Part shown: piece after piece, positions 13,318-29,110 of the stretch
Layout: every line of letters begins with the position of its first letter
Numbering within the stretch: the stretch's first letter is position 1
NCBI RefSeq assembly: GCF_000315625.1
Contig: NW_005434630.1
Location: 248,001-312,000 of the forward strand
Direction: 5' to 3'
Length of the DNA: 64,000 bases
Origin: Guillardia theta CCMP2712
Lineage: Eukaryota; Protista; Cryptophyta
The notes under the pieces: generated by a model
Told to the model about the DNA's origin: nothing
Database searches by the model: none
Seen by the model: only the letters and a program-made list of their open reading frames with translations
Made by a program: the position numbers and the translations under genes

Positions 13318-14072
13318 GACGCCATCGTTTGACCTCTTCGTCTTTTCCTCTCCTCCTCTCTGCCTACTCTCTCAGATCTTTCCTACCAGCCCGTCTGCAT
13401 GGCATGACTTCTGCTGTCCTGTCCTGTCCTGTCCTGTCCTCCCGTCTTCTCTCTGTTCACCTCCACCTCCTCCGACTTTGTCTGCCTGCTGGGTGCATTT
13501 TGCATGGGCCTGAGATCAGGGGGTGGGGGTAGAGTGATTACCCCCATCTGATACCACCAAATTTCGGGTAGGATGCATTGATCCTCGAAAGGGGTGGGTG
13601 GTCCCAAATCGAAAATTCAAAAAAATGAACTGACAAAATGTAGAGATAGGGAGTGAGGAGACGAGGAAGGTAGGAGGACCGCAATGGCGGAGCAGGAAGA
13701 TGAGAAGACGAGGAGAACGGAGAAAGAGCAAGCAGGATGGATGTGCGAGAAGGGTGACATGGGAGACAGAGCTGCGAGTATGAGAAAAGATTTTATGGCA
13801 GATCAGAGGAATTGTGACAAAGGTTTGCAAGACAGAGACTGAAGACAGAGGAGCAAAGGAGAGTTCTATATGAGCACAAGAGTAACCAATGGTAATCAAG
13901 GGCAAGATGAGCCCAAAACGCCAGAGTTGGACGATCCCAGCGGTAGAATGTAGTGCGAGAACAATACAGATGTCAGAAGAAACGTCTGCGAAAGCGAATA
14001 GATTGACGATGGAAGGACTGAGCAGCCGATTCGTAGAGAATTCAGCCCTTGACAAGAAACCTTTGACCATTT

Positions 14073-15922
14073 ATGGCAGGGCTGCTGCACATCTCACAGG
14101 GCAAAAGTTCACCGTCGTGCTCTCGAAGCACGATCTCCTCGCTCAAAACGATTTCCAGGTCGAACCTGAAGATCGACCGCCTTTCTCCTTGCAAGCGCAG
14201 CCGCGACATGGTCCGAGAGAAGATGAGCACACCAATCCGACACAAACCCTCAGTGAAAGGAACTGAAGGGCTCCTAGCGAGGTGTAAGGCGATGAACGAG
14301 CAGCAACTCTACGCTTCCTCCGCTGCTATCACCTCCTTCCTCATCTCCGAGGACGCGCGCAGCACCGAGGTCTACATGGTCAACGCGGAAGCCCTGCATG
14401 GCCTCGGGGAGTACCTGCGGGCAGCGGAGGTGTACAAGCAAGCTCACGAGTGCCTGTCGGAGGCAGAGCAGAAGGGGGAAGAAGGGGCGAAGGTGCTGCA
14501 GGCCATGGCGGAGTGCTACGGGAAGGGGGACCAGCAGAGGAAGCAGCTGGCGACGCTGCTGAGCATCCCGGAGGAGCTGAGGACGGTGCGGGTGCACGTC
14601 GAGATAGCGAAGCTGCAGCATCGGGCGGGGGCAGCAGACAAGGCGCTGTCGGCACTGAAGAGCGCGCTGGACGATGCGCCGCTGGCGATCGAGATGATCG
14701 AGGAGCTTGTGTGGGCGGGGCAGAGCGAGGAGGAGATCATGTCGCACTTCCGGTGCATGGTCGAGAAGGGGTGGCTGCTGGACTTTATCAGGGCGCGGGT
14801 GCAGCATGCCATGTACGACTACAAGGGGGCGCTGCAGAGCTACAAGCAGGTAGCGGAGGCGTTCCCGGAGAACCTGGAGGTGATGTCGGGGATGGCGACA
14901 TGCCAGCTGCACACGCGGGACGTGGTGGGGGCGACCAAGGCTTTCGAGCGGGTGCACGAGAAGGACCGGCACTACCTGGACAGGATGGAGGAGTACGGGA
15001 GCGCGCTCAAGGCCACGGGGTCGTCGGCGAAGCTCAACATCGTGGGGTACGAGCTGGTGAACGTGAGCCCGCAGAGACCGGAGGGATGGATCGTGTGCTC
15101 GATGTACATGGAGTGCCAGGAGGAGAAGGAGCTGGCGCTGGAGTACGCCGAGCGAGCCATCCAGGTAGCGCCGAGGAGCAGCGCGGCGCTGATCCAGCGA
15201 GGACGGATCCAGCTGGATGCGGAGAAGTACGACCTTGCGCTCATGTCGTTCCGGGAGGCGCTGGGGATAGCGAAGAGCATCCATGCGTACCAGGGGCTGG
15301 TGCGGGGATACATCGGGGCGAGGCGGGTGAAGGAGGCGATCACGACGGCACGGGAGTCACTGCAGCAGATGCCCAAGAACGCGCAGGCGTTCAAGCTGGT
15401 AGGGCTTGCCCTTGCGCAGCTGCCGGAGGGAGTCAGCAAGGCGAAGACGGCCTTCGAGCGGGCGATCCAGCTGGATCCCACGTGCCCGGAGTCAGTGCTG
15501 GAGCTGGTGGACATACTGGAGGAGGAGAACAAGCTGCAGGAGAGCGTGGAGGTGATGGAGCGCTTCGTGAGCAAGACAGAGTCAGACGTGGCGCATTGCC
15601 GGCTAGGGGACTTGTACCTGAAGCTAGGGCGTTTCCAGAACGCGCTTGTGTCATATCACAACGCGCTGTCAGCGCATCCGGGGATGGAGGCGGCCACGAT
15701 AGGTGAGGGGGGGGAGAGGAAGGAAGGGGAGGGAGGAGGAGGGAAGGGAGAGGGAGGAGGAGGAGGAGGAGAGATTTGACGGGGTTGACGGCAGGGCTAT
15801 CGAGGCTGGAGAAGGCGATGAAGGGGATCGATCCGGACGGGGACGGGGAGCTTGAGAAGGATTCATACGACAGCATGGGAACCCCATCCACACCCCGCGG
15901 GATGGACGTTATGGACCGTTAA
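14073..15922 (+). CDS. APC7: Anaphase-promoting complex subunit 7-like TPR protein, copy 1 (intron ~15703-15794; true start may lie further upstream)
   Basis: Long TPR array. The spliced C-terminus GLSRLEKAMKGIDPD followed by an acidic tail resembles the plant APC7 C-terminus as recalled. Stop TAA 15920-15922. Confidence 0.8.
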
Positions 15923-17707
15923 AACTCGACCGTCAAGATATCAGCAGCCTCTCCTTCCTCGTTCAATTTAAGGATATAATCAATAATCAGCTATCAACAC
16001 ATTGCAGTCAGTGACGTTAAGGTGTAACGATCCTTCTGAACTTGCAATTAAAATCTCATCGCAGCTCTCCTGCTGTACCACCTCTTGAGTTAATCCGAGA
16101 GGTTCGTCGACCCGAACCCATCAATGTCGTCATTGTCCTGCTGCATCTCCCCGTCCCCGTCCGGATCGATCCCCTTCATCGCCTTCTCCAGCCTCGATAG
16201 CCCTGCCGTCAACCCCGTCAAATCTCTCCTCCTCCTCCTCCTCCTCCCTCCCCTTCCTTCCTCTCCCCCCCCTCACCTATCGTGGCCGCCTCCATCCCCG
16301 GATGCGCTGACAGCGCGTTGTGATATGACACAAGCGCGTTCTGGAAACGCCCTAGCTTCAGGTACAAGTCCCCTAGCCGGCAATGCGCCACGTCTGACTC
16401 TGTCTTGCTCACGAAGCGCTCCATCACCTCCACGCTCTCCTGCAGCTTGTTCTCCTCCTCCAGTATGTCCACCAGCTCCAGCACTGACTCCGGGCACGTG
16501 GGATCCAGCTGGATCGCCCGCTCGAAGGCCGTCTTCGCCTTGCTGACTCCCTCCGGCAGCTGCGCAAGGGCAAGCCCTACCAGCTTGAACGCCTGCGCGT
16601 TCTTGGGCATCTGCTGCAGTGACTCCCGTGCCGTCGTGATCGCCTCCTTCACCCGCCTCGCCCCGATGTATCCCCGCACCAGCCCCTGGTACGCATGGAT
16701 GCTCTTCGCTATCCCCAGCGCCTCCCGGAACGACATGAGCGCAAGGTCGTACTTCTCCGCATCCAGCTGGATCCGTCCTCGCTGGATCAGCGCCGCGCTG
16801 CTCCTCGGCGCTACCTGGATGGCTCGCTCGGCGTACTCCAGCGCCAGCTCCTTCTCCTCCTGGCACTCCATGTACATCGAGCACACGATCCATCCCTCCG
16901 GTCTCTGCGGGCTCACGTTCACCAGCTCGTACCCCACGATGTTGAGCTTCGCCGACGACCCCGTGGCCTTGAGCGCGCTCCCGTACTCCTCCATCCTGTC
17001 CAGGTAGTGCCGGTCCTTCTCGTGCACCCGCTCGAAAGCCTTGGTCGCCCCCACCACGTCCCGCGTGTGCAGCTGGCATGTCGCCATCCCCGACATCACC
17101 TCCAGGTTCTCCGGGAACGCCTCCGCTACCTGCTTGTAGCTATGCAGCGCCCCCTTGTAGTCGTACATGGCATGCTGCACCCGCGCCCTGATAAAGTCCA
17201 GCAGCCACCCCTTCTCGACCATGCACCGGAAGTGCGACATGATCTCCTCCTCGCTCTGCCCCGCCCACACCAGCTCCTCGATCATCTCGATCGCCAGCGG
17301 CGCATCGTCCAGCGCGCTCTTCAGTGCCGACAGCGCCTTGTCTGCTGCCCCCGCCCGATGCTGCAGCTTCGCTATCTCGACGTGCACCCGCACCGTCCTC
17401 AGCTCCTCCGGGATGCTCAGCAGCGTTGCCAGCTGCTTCCTCTGCTGGTCCCCCTTCCCGTAGCACTCCGCCATGGCCTGCAGCACCTTCGCCCCTTCTT
17501 CCCCCTTCTGCTCTGCCTCCGACAGGCACTCGTGAGCTTGCTTGTACACCTCCGCTGCCCGCAGGTACTCCCCGAGGCCATGCAGGGCTTCCGCGTTGAC
17601 CATGTAGACCTCGGTGCTGCGCGCGTCCTCGGAGATGAGGAAGGAGGTGATAGCAGCGGAGGAAGCGTAGAGTTGCTGCTCGTTCATCGCCTTACACCTT
17701 GCTAGGA
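14272..17707. repeat. Large inverted repeat: arms ~14272-15850 and ~16147-17707, spacer ~296 bp
   Basis: Arms are reverse complements with only a few visible differences (CAG/CAT Q>H, CTT/CTG, GCG/GCA, intron GGA-repeat length). Weaker homology continues at 14080-14220 vs 17760-17897. Confidence 0.95.
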
Positions 17708-17771
17708 TGTCCTCCGTTTCATGGCTAATTTGTTTCATTTGGAGAAATGCCAAAAACTTCTCTCGCGCCAT
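16090..17771 (-). CDS. APC7: Anaphase-promoting complex subunit 7-like TPR protein, copy 2 (start uncertain)
   Basis: Reverse-complement copy of the above with a distinct tail ...GIDPDGDGEMQQDNDDIDGFGSTNLSD*; stop at 16090-16092. Confidence 0.8.
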
Positions 17772-19493
17772 GTCGCGGCTGCGCTTGCAAGGAGAAAGGC
17801 GATCGAGCTTTGAATTTGAGCTCGAAATCGTTTTGAACGAGGAGATCGTGCTTCGAGAGCACGACGGTGAACTTCTGCCCTGTGATATGTGCAGCCTGCC
17901 TCAAGCGCTGTTCAGATAGAGTTGCCATGCATCATGATTAATCTCGTTTAGCAACTGATTTCTCGAAGGTTCTTTTCAAGATATTCTGAGACCTATGCAC
18001 ACACATACACACGTATGTGAAAGTAGAAAATTTGAACATACATTTTCACTTGAATTACATCCTTCATGCTGAACAATAACCGTATAGTATTCCTTGTCCA
18101 ACCGATCCTCTCCAACCTCTATGAGAAGGCACTGAATGGCAGGAATTTCCTCCCTGGTCTCTCGCTTCTAAGCCATCATTCTGGTTGTATACTATTCACT
18201 CTTTATTTGGTTCTTCTGTAGACAACAATACTTTTCCCTGAGTTCCTCTGCACTTACACTTAGGCACAGGCTGGCTCTGAGTCAGGTAAAGTCAGCAACT
18301 ACTCCTCAACTGTGCATCCTGCTTCCATGTCTTGATCCTCCCTCTCCCACTCTCTCCCTCTTCTCTTCTTCCTATCCTCTACTCAGCAACCCATCTCTCC
18401 ATCACGCGACCAGCATCACCTGCACTGCTGGAATACCCTACCCCAACCAAGTCCCCCAAGTATAGTAGAATTATACACCCCTATGTTTGACTTGGAGTAC
18501 CCAGAGAAATGGTAGGCATCCACTCTACCCCACCCCCACATACGTTTACCAACAAACATAGACTAGTTATCCATCTCCACCCCTCCTTTAGAAAAGAAAG
18601 TAGGGGGTAGTGACATAAATCAATTGTAACGATAGAACAAGCCTTGTCTGGTACAGGCTTGAATTGATAAGTAATGTTTCATAAAGAAATAAAATTCAAG
18701 TTTTTAGATAAGTATATTAAATAAGTTAGTTAAACAAAACATGGTACAGACATGATATAAAGTGTTCTGGAAGAGTACCGCTTTCTACATCCATTTATGA
18801 ATTTTATAAACCGAATCACATCCCCCATCCCCCATTCAGGCACCCGTCTCCACTTTTTGGTACCCTACGTCAATCTGAATATACCCCTTTATTTCCCAAC
18901 CAAATACCGGTATTTGTAGGGTACATGAAGGAGGATCGAGGTATACTACCGGTGAATTCAATGACCCCTACCCCATGTCCCCCACAATATCCAGGGTCTT
19001 GAAACTAGTCCCCAGCATGTCGATGCGGTGAGTTGCGGCGAAACGGCACAAGGAAACCATGAGAAGGAGGAGGAGAAGACAGAGGAGAACGGAAAATTGA
19101 TGAAAAATGCAATACCATGCAGTGAGAAGAGGAGAAACTCCGAGACAAGATGGATCATGTAGACGCTTTCTTGCTAAGAAGAATTCACGAATTGGTTGTA
19201 TGGGAGCGGAAGGGATTTGCAAGCCAAAAGGAAGGGACTTTGAAGTAGGATAAGAACTGCCCCGTTCACTCAAAGTTACCATACAATGAATGAGGTTTCA
19301 TAAGTCATATAGAGATATATGATCTTTATATTGTTTGTATCGGTTCGCAGCTGATGCTATACCTCTACACTTGCTCTGTACATGGACAATTGAGTGCAGC
19401 CTCTCCGATTAATGCTCTCTCTGTGTGTACAAAACATACTTCCATTGATGTTTCCTCGATTTTCGTCTCGTGGATGCTTGTACTGCCAATGGA

Positions 19494-19933
19494 ATGTCTG
19501 AAAGCCATTGCACCGGTTCCGCAATGATAGTGGCAGTAACGGGTGAGCGCAGGCCGAACAACCTGCGAGTCCTTGTGACTTTCTGTGGAGGGTGAGGATA
19601 CGCCAAGTATTACCGCCAGCTGAAAGCGGGTGGGAATGAGCTGACTCCATGGTGTTGACACTGAAGCGCCGTTGGCAGAGATCCTCAAAGTCTTTCCATC
19701 TGGGGTAGAGGTTGATGGCGAGGCCACTCCGCACGTCTCTGGATGGTTGGAAGTTGAGATTGTGTATCCTAAAGAGAAGACGAAACTTCTTCATAGCAAG
19801 AAGAATGGTCAAGGTAGCTCGAAGCTGGAGGAGTGTGACGATGTGATCAGGGGATGACTGATGTTTGTTAGGATACATTGATACTCATGAGAAGCTCCAG
19901 AGAATCCTGAAAGGGATTCAAGACGCTGTTTAA
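19494..19933 (+). CDS. SELENOW: Selenoprotein W (Rdx family), Sec-encoding TGA at 19593-19595; introns ~19629-19678 and ~19814-19870; start uncertain
   Basis: LRVLVTFCGG-TGA-GYAKYYRQLKA / EILKVFPSGVEVDGEATPHVSGWLEVEIV...LLHSKKNGQ / GYIDTHEKLQRILKGIQDAV*. This is the CxxU motif and SelW consensus. Confidence 0.92.
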
Positions 19934-20056
19934 GGAAGGTGAACACCTTTGACCGTATTCGGCCAGCTGTCTTGGAGAGAATGCCAAAAAAAAACTGACG
20001 CTTGTGAACAGTGCCATAACAGCGCTGTGAGCGCGAGTTTAATGAGAGCTACTCGT

Positions 20057-20133
20057 ACACGTCTCTCCCGGATGATGTGCACAGCTAAAAGGTCTATCAC
20101 CCTGCTGTGCATTGAATGTATGTAGACGCGTGT
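20057..20133 (+). promoter_or_regulatory. SECIS element (form 2) in the SelW 3' UTR
   Basis: ACACGTCT...ATGAT-GTGCACAGC-T-AAAA-GGT-CTATC-ACC-CT-GCTGTGCAT-TGAA...AGACGCGTGT: AUGA/GA quartet, 9-bp helix II, unpaired AA, apical mini-stem and helix I. Confidence 0.88.
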
Positions 20134-20544
20134 GTGATGGTTTCATTGCCTGTGACTCACAATTTTTGGTTTGGAATATTGCAATTAAATAAATTAAGAT
20201 TGAAGAATTCCTATCTCACCAACAAGCTTTGTTGCATTGCAAAGATCGCAACAGGATCTACAAATGCCATGTGATGAAACAGTGCTCTTCGCGATAGTTT
20301 CTGTGCACAATTACTCTCTGTCACGACAATCCTTGATGAACCAAACCAGAACACATCTGCAGCGCAACAACCAAAGTAGTGCATTTCAAATTAATTTCTT
20401 TTGAGCTTAGGGCTTGAAAACTGTTAATTCACTCTAGTGATTCAAATCGTCGCGTTGTTGATCAATCGTAGGTACGGTCCAATAACGATCCGAATCCAAG
20501 CCACCAAAAGTGAACACTTGATAAGCATACTCTGCAAATCACAC

Positions 20545-21211
20545 TTAGGCACCATTTTCACCAGCGGCTCCCTCCGCATCCATCTTGTTGTTCTCATCAC
20601 CCCAGTAGTTGTCCAGCTTCTCGTCCAGTGCCTGGTGCTTCGACACGTTCGGATCACGACCCATGTAGACGTCCAGCTCTTCATCGAGCTTCTCCCCGTC
20701 TTTGCCAGATCGAGCTCCTCCACGTCCTCCACGACCTCCACGTCCTCCTCTCCCACGGCCTCGCACAGGAGCCGCGCCACGACCGCGCGAGGCGCTTTGA
20801 AAAACGGATCAGAAAGTTCCTGCGCCAACTTGTGGGCACTCACCCGCGAGTGGCTCCAACACCGCGAACTGCTCCACGTCCACGTCCTCGAGCGCGCATC
20901 GGGGCGATGCCACGGAGAGCGCCACGTCCTCTGAGCGCTCCGCGGCCTCTCATGGCCATGCCCCTGCCACGAGGAGCCCCGCGAGGAACAGGTGCCCCTC
21001 TGACTGGGGCAGGTTGAGCTGGAAAGCGCCTGGAAGCAGACACCACCAACCCGGGTGAGCAGAAGGACGGATGGAAGAGGGTGGATCACCTGGCAGAAAC
21101 AGCAGCCTGACGGTTCATGGTGGTGCTCTGCTGCATTTGAGTGAAACGAGCATCAAGGGTCATAGATCCCGTGCTCATCATCCCCTTGACATTTCTTCCC
21201 TTGGGAGGCAT
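20545..21211 (-). CDS. CHTOP/FOP-like RGG-rich RNA-export adaptor
   Basis: N-terminal MTLDARFTQM, RG/RGG tracts, and duplicated C-terminal EKLDEELDVYM...ALDEKLDNYW motif. Confidence 0.7.
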
Positions 21212-21371
21212 CTTGGCTGTGAGTCAGAGAGGATCAGATGATGTGTCGAGGCTGTCAGGGATCCGCGAGAAAGAAGCTCGCGAAGGCTGGAGGGGGGAGG
21301 GGGGGAGGGGAGGGGACAGGCGGGGACGAGGAGAGGGCGGGAAGAGGAGAGGAATACACCTCACCCACCCA

Positions 21372-21487
21372 GCGGTTCCTTACAGTGGCGGTTCCTTATC
21401 TGAGTCGGTTTCTTCGATGAGATAGAAGGAACCGGCTCACATTTTTTTAAGTTCCTTTACAAGGAACCGCATTTTTTAAGGAACCAG
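21372..21487. promoter_or_regulatory. Bidirectional promoter with a cluster of GGTTCCTT/AAGGAACC motifs
   Basis: About seven copies in both orientations within 115 bp, between divergent ATGs at 21211(-) and 21497(+). Confidence 0.5.
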
Positions 21488-21496
21488 GGCGGAAAC

Positions 21497-22797
21497 ATGC
21501 AGCCCGTGGTCGGCTGGCTGCCAGTGCGAACATGCGGGAGGTTGATCCGGATGACTTCATGGCTCATGCCAAGGCACAGATGCTTGTCAGAAGCATCGCC
21601 TCCTCCAGCCTGCTCCTCTGCAAGGCCCTTGACCAGTCCCCCGTCTCCTGCATCGCCTGAGCGCCATCCAACCTCTTCGAGGCCTGCTCTGACCATCTCG
21701 TTGGAAGGGAATATCGCGGCAGGTCAGCGTGTGCACTTTCCGTCCGCCAAGCTCATCAGCATGGCAGGAAAGAGCACGTTCCTCAGAGTTCTGCAGAGTC
21801 GTTTTCCAGTGTCCACTGTACAGGAACCAGTTGACAAGTGGCAGAAAATATCGAGGTTTGCCATTGGGATTTCATTCTTGGAGCTGACCATCAGCAGCAA
21901 CGAGGGAGAAAAGTCAGACAACCTGCTGGATATGTTCTACAAAGATCCGAAACGATGGGCGTACACCTTTCAGACTTACGCCTTCTTGAGGTGAGAGGGT
22001 TGGTGGGATGCATGCCTGACTCAATAGTAGCCGACTGGAAACACAGCTTAGCAAAGATTCGTCTCCGTCAAAGATCGTCATCCTCGAGCGATCAGTGGCG
22101 TCAGACAAGGAGATCTTCGGTGCGCTGCCCATCTACCCCAGCAGGAACCTGATCTTTGAGCGCAGCATCGAATTGCTACCGTACAGGCCTGTTCAATGGC
22201 GTCGAGGTAGAGTGGCGGACGTCCAGACTGTCTGACGGTCTGACGAGCGAGCAGTGGGCCCTTTACAGTGAGTGGCATGAGTGGATGATGAAGAGATTTC
22301 ATCCTGACAGCGAGGTCGACGCCTACGTCTACCTCCGCACAAGGTACGAGGAGGCGGGGAAAGTATAGCTATCTACTTATCCTCTCCCGAGTTGACGCCA
22401 TCTTCCTCCTTGCAGGCCAGAAACATGCATGAGAAGGCTGCACAAGAGGGGCAGGGGAGAGGAGAAGTCCATCCCCCTAGACTATCTGCAGGTGAAGCGC
22501 TGAGGGGCAAGGGGGGGGCACGTGACGAGGACGGCAGCAAATCCACGAGAGACACGAAGAGTGGCTAATGCAGGGAGCAGCGGGCGGGAAGATGGGAGAC
22601 CGGCTACTGACGAGACGCTCCCGGGGGGATGAGAAACCTGTTCTTGTGGTGGACTGCGAGCAAGAGGACGACGGGAGATCAGCAAGAGAGGTCAGGGCAG
22701 CCGGTGGAGGGCGCCGATGTTTTGACGAGTTTGACAGGAGGAGCTTGTTGGGCAGGTTAGAGAGTTTCTAGACCGGTGCTTTCCCGGTCATCTATAG
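21497..22797 (+). CDS. Deoxynucleoside kinase (dNK/dGK family), possible mitochondrial transit peptide
   Basis: Spliced ISLEGNIAAGKST P-loop, EPVDKW, FYKDPKRWAYTFQTYAFLS, ILERSVASD, YVYLRT.PETCMRRL.KRGRGEE, YLQQIHERHEEWL. Confidence 0.9.
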
Positions 22798-22880
22798 AGA
22801 TGGTACACCTTTAATGCACACGTCTGTCCGGGGACCCTGAATCCCACACCGACACATTGGTTACTCTATCAGCTATTGAT

Positions 22881-27047
<4,167 letters not shown>

Positions 27048-27059
27048 GGCAGGTAAGGG

Positions 27060-27420
27060 AGAGGGGCGAGCGAGAGGTGGAGGAGGGAGGGAGGGAGGGA
27101 GGGAGGGAGGGAGGGAGGGAGGGAGCGAGGGAGGGAGGGAGCGAGGGAGCGAGGGAGGGGCAAAGAGCGAGGGAGGGGCAAAGAGCGAGGGAGAAGAGGG
27201 GCGAAGGAGCGAGGGAGGAGCAAGGGAGGGAGCGAGAGAGGGAGCGAGGGAGGGATGGGCAAAGAGCGAGGGAGGGAGGGGGAAAGGCGAGGGAGCGAGG
27301 GGCGAGGGAGCGAGGGAGCGAGGGAGGTGAGAGAGAGCGAGGGAGGGGCGAAGGAGCGAGCGAGGGAGCGAGCGAGCGAGGGACGGACGGACGGACGGAC
27401 GGAGATAGAGGAGAGGAGAG
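27060..27420. repeat. GA-rich low-complexity tract between divergent genes
   Basis: Nearly pure GGGA/GCGA/GGAC runs. Confidence 0.9.
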
Positions 27421-27506
27421 AATTGGAGGATGGCATTGACAGTGTGAAGTGTTTTGAACAGCACTCTTCTGTCTGAATTGATTTGCGCATAGAATAACTT
27501 CAAGGT

Positions 27507-28195
27507 ATGCAGGTTGCTTCAGTGTTGCTCCCAATCGTCATCAGTTCCTCAACTGCCCTGCAGCCCCATCGCAGCCTTCGACTGCATGACCTCATGTGTT
27601 TTGCTTCAACCTCATCAGGTACCTCGTCATGTACAACTTTCGTGCTAGATGGGTCCCGTGAAGCGACGACAGGCCTTGCTCCACCGCCTTCAAGAAACCT
27701 AAGGCCAACATGCTCGTTGTCTAGCCGACGATCGCTCTTGCTCAGACCGACGTTTTCGGGGAGAGTCCGGCCTGCAACATCAAAGTTGGCCATGTGCAGC
27801 GATGCTGGGGTTGTGGTTGGAGACATTGTAGAGTTCACGGCCGACGATCTCTGTACCGTTGGCATCGTAGAGAAGATTCGAGATGATTACGTAATGATCC
27901 TGCCTCTTGTGCGAAGGGAAGGGATGGGAGAGGAATGCTACGTCGATGAATCTCAACCCATGGTAACACTTTAGAGCTCTCGAGCACCTGCCGCCCTCTG
28001 ACCTCCTTTCTCCAGTTCACAGTGTCAAGAGACGTTTGCAGATCGCTGAATGTCTATCCCAGTCAGCGCGTCGCCTGGTCTACAGCATCGCCGCATCACA
28101 ATCCTCATGGGGAGGAATCAGAAGATTGCTACTTCATTGAAGACTCCGTCGCAGACAACTGTGTCATTCCAGTGAAGTACATTTCAGACACATGA
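27507..28195 (+). CDS. Hypothetical protein, probably organelle-targeted
   Basis: Ser/Arg-rich N-terminal leader, SH3-like beta-rich segment GDIVEF...VGIVEKI, last exon SQR...NPHGEESEDCYFI...DT*. Confidence 0.45.
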
Positions 28196-28329
28196 TGCTT
28201 CAACTGAAGCCAGTGAAAACTTCCGAGAGGAACATTCTAACGTAGACATCAACTAATGTACAAATCGAATAAACAGGATATAAAAAGGTTGTGAATACGG
28301 CGATTCTCGACCGCTCAGCTTTCCATTCC

Positions 28330-29110
28330 CCTCCTTTGCAGGCGCTGGGACCTGCGAGCCTCCAGCCTCGCAACCAGCTTGACCTCCTGCTCCATCTGCT
28401 GTTGCCTGATGGCATTTTGAAACCTGAACACAAGTCAGCGTGATCTCAACAGTGCCGTTCGCATCACAGCGCAAGTTGCTTCATGGAGACCTCGACGATG
28501 GCACTGCAGGACGTGAGTCGAGCACACGGGAACCGACAGCACACTTACTTGGCTCGCCTTGTCAGGTCCACTTCGTCGAGGTGTCGGAGGATGTATCTTT
28601 GCTTCCAAGTCTCGAAATCTATCAGGCCTCTACAGAATTCTGATCGCCAGACTCGAGAACTCCACAAACCTGCAATGACGTCCAACTGCTTCAGACCCTG
28701 GAAGCAGCAAGGATACAAGCTTATTCACCGCTCCAAAGGTGTTCTGAAGACTCCCCAATTTGCGAACTGTCTCTCCATTTCATGCAGACCTCCTCGCAAA
28801 GACAGAGCTGTCCAAGGTCAGAAGAGAATGGTATCAGTGACGAGATCCACCAGCATGAGAAGATAGTAGTTTTAAGTCAAAGACGTACCTGTCTCGGGCA
28901 TTTGATCTGCGATAGAATGCAGATGATCAACTCGGTTGGTAGCACTGACATGGAAAGCACTTCATTGTTTGCTTCCATTCAATGTGCCCCCCTAAGGGTA
29001 AAGAGGATGAGCAGAGATGAAGCAGCTTCGGCTCCTTCCTCGCTCTTGAGCTGCACTAAATCAAGTAAGATTATCTCTCGACTCCCAGAGTCAGGTAGCT
29101 TCATGGAAGG
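28330..29110 (-). CDS. Possible F-box protein (boundaries uncertain)
   Basis: SVLPTELIICILSQI ... LCLCEEVCMKWRE resembles the F-box consensus. Confidence 0.4.

Noticed and set aside
14274-17705. Long antisense and alternative-frame ORFs (336, 418, 268, 200 aa) over the APC7 copies
   Set aside because: They are shadows of a high-GC3 coding sequence with no domain signal.
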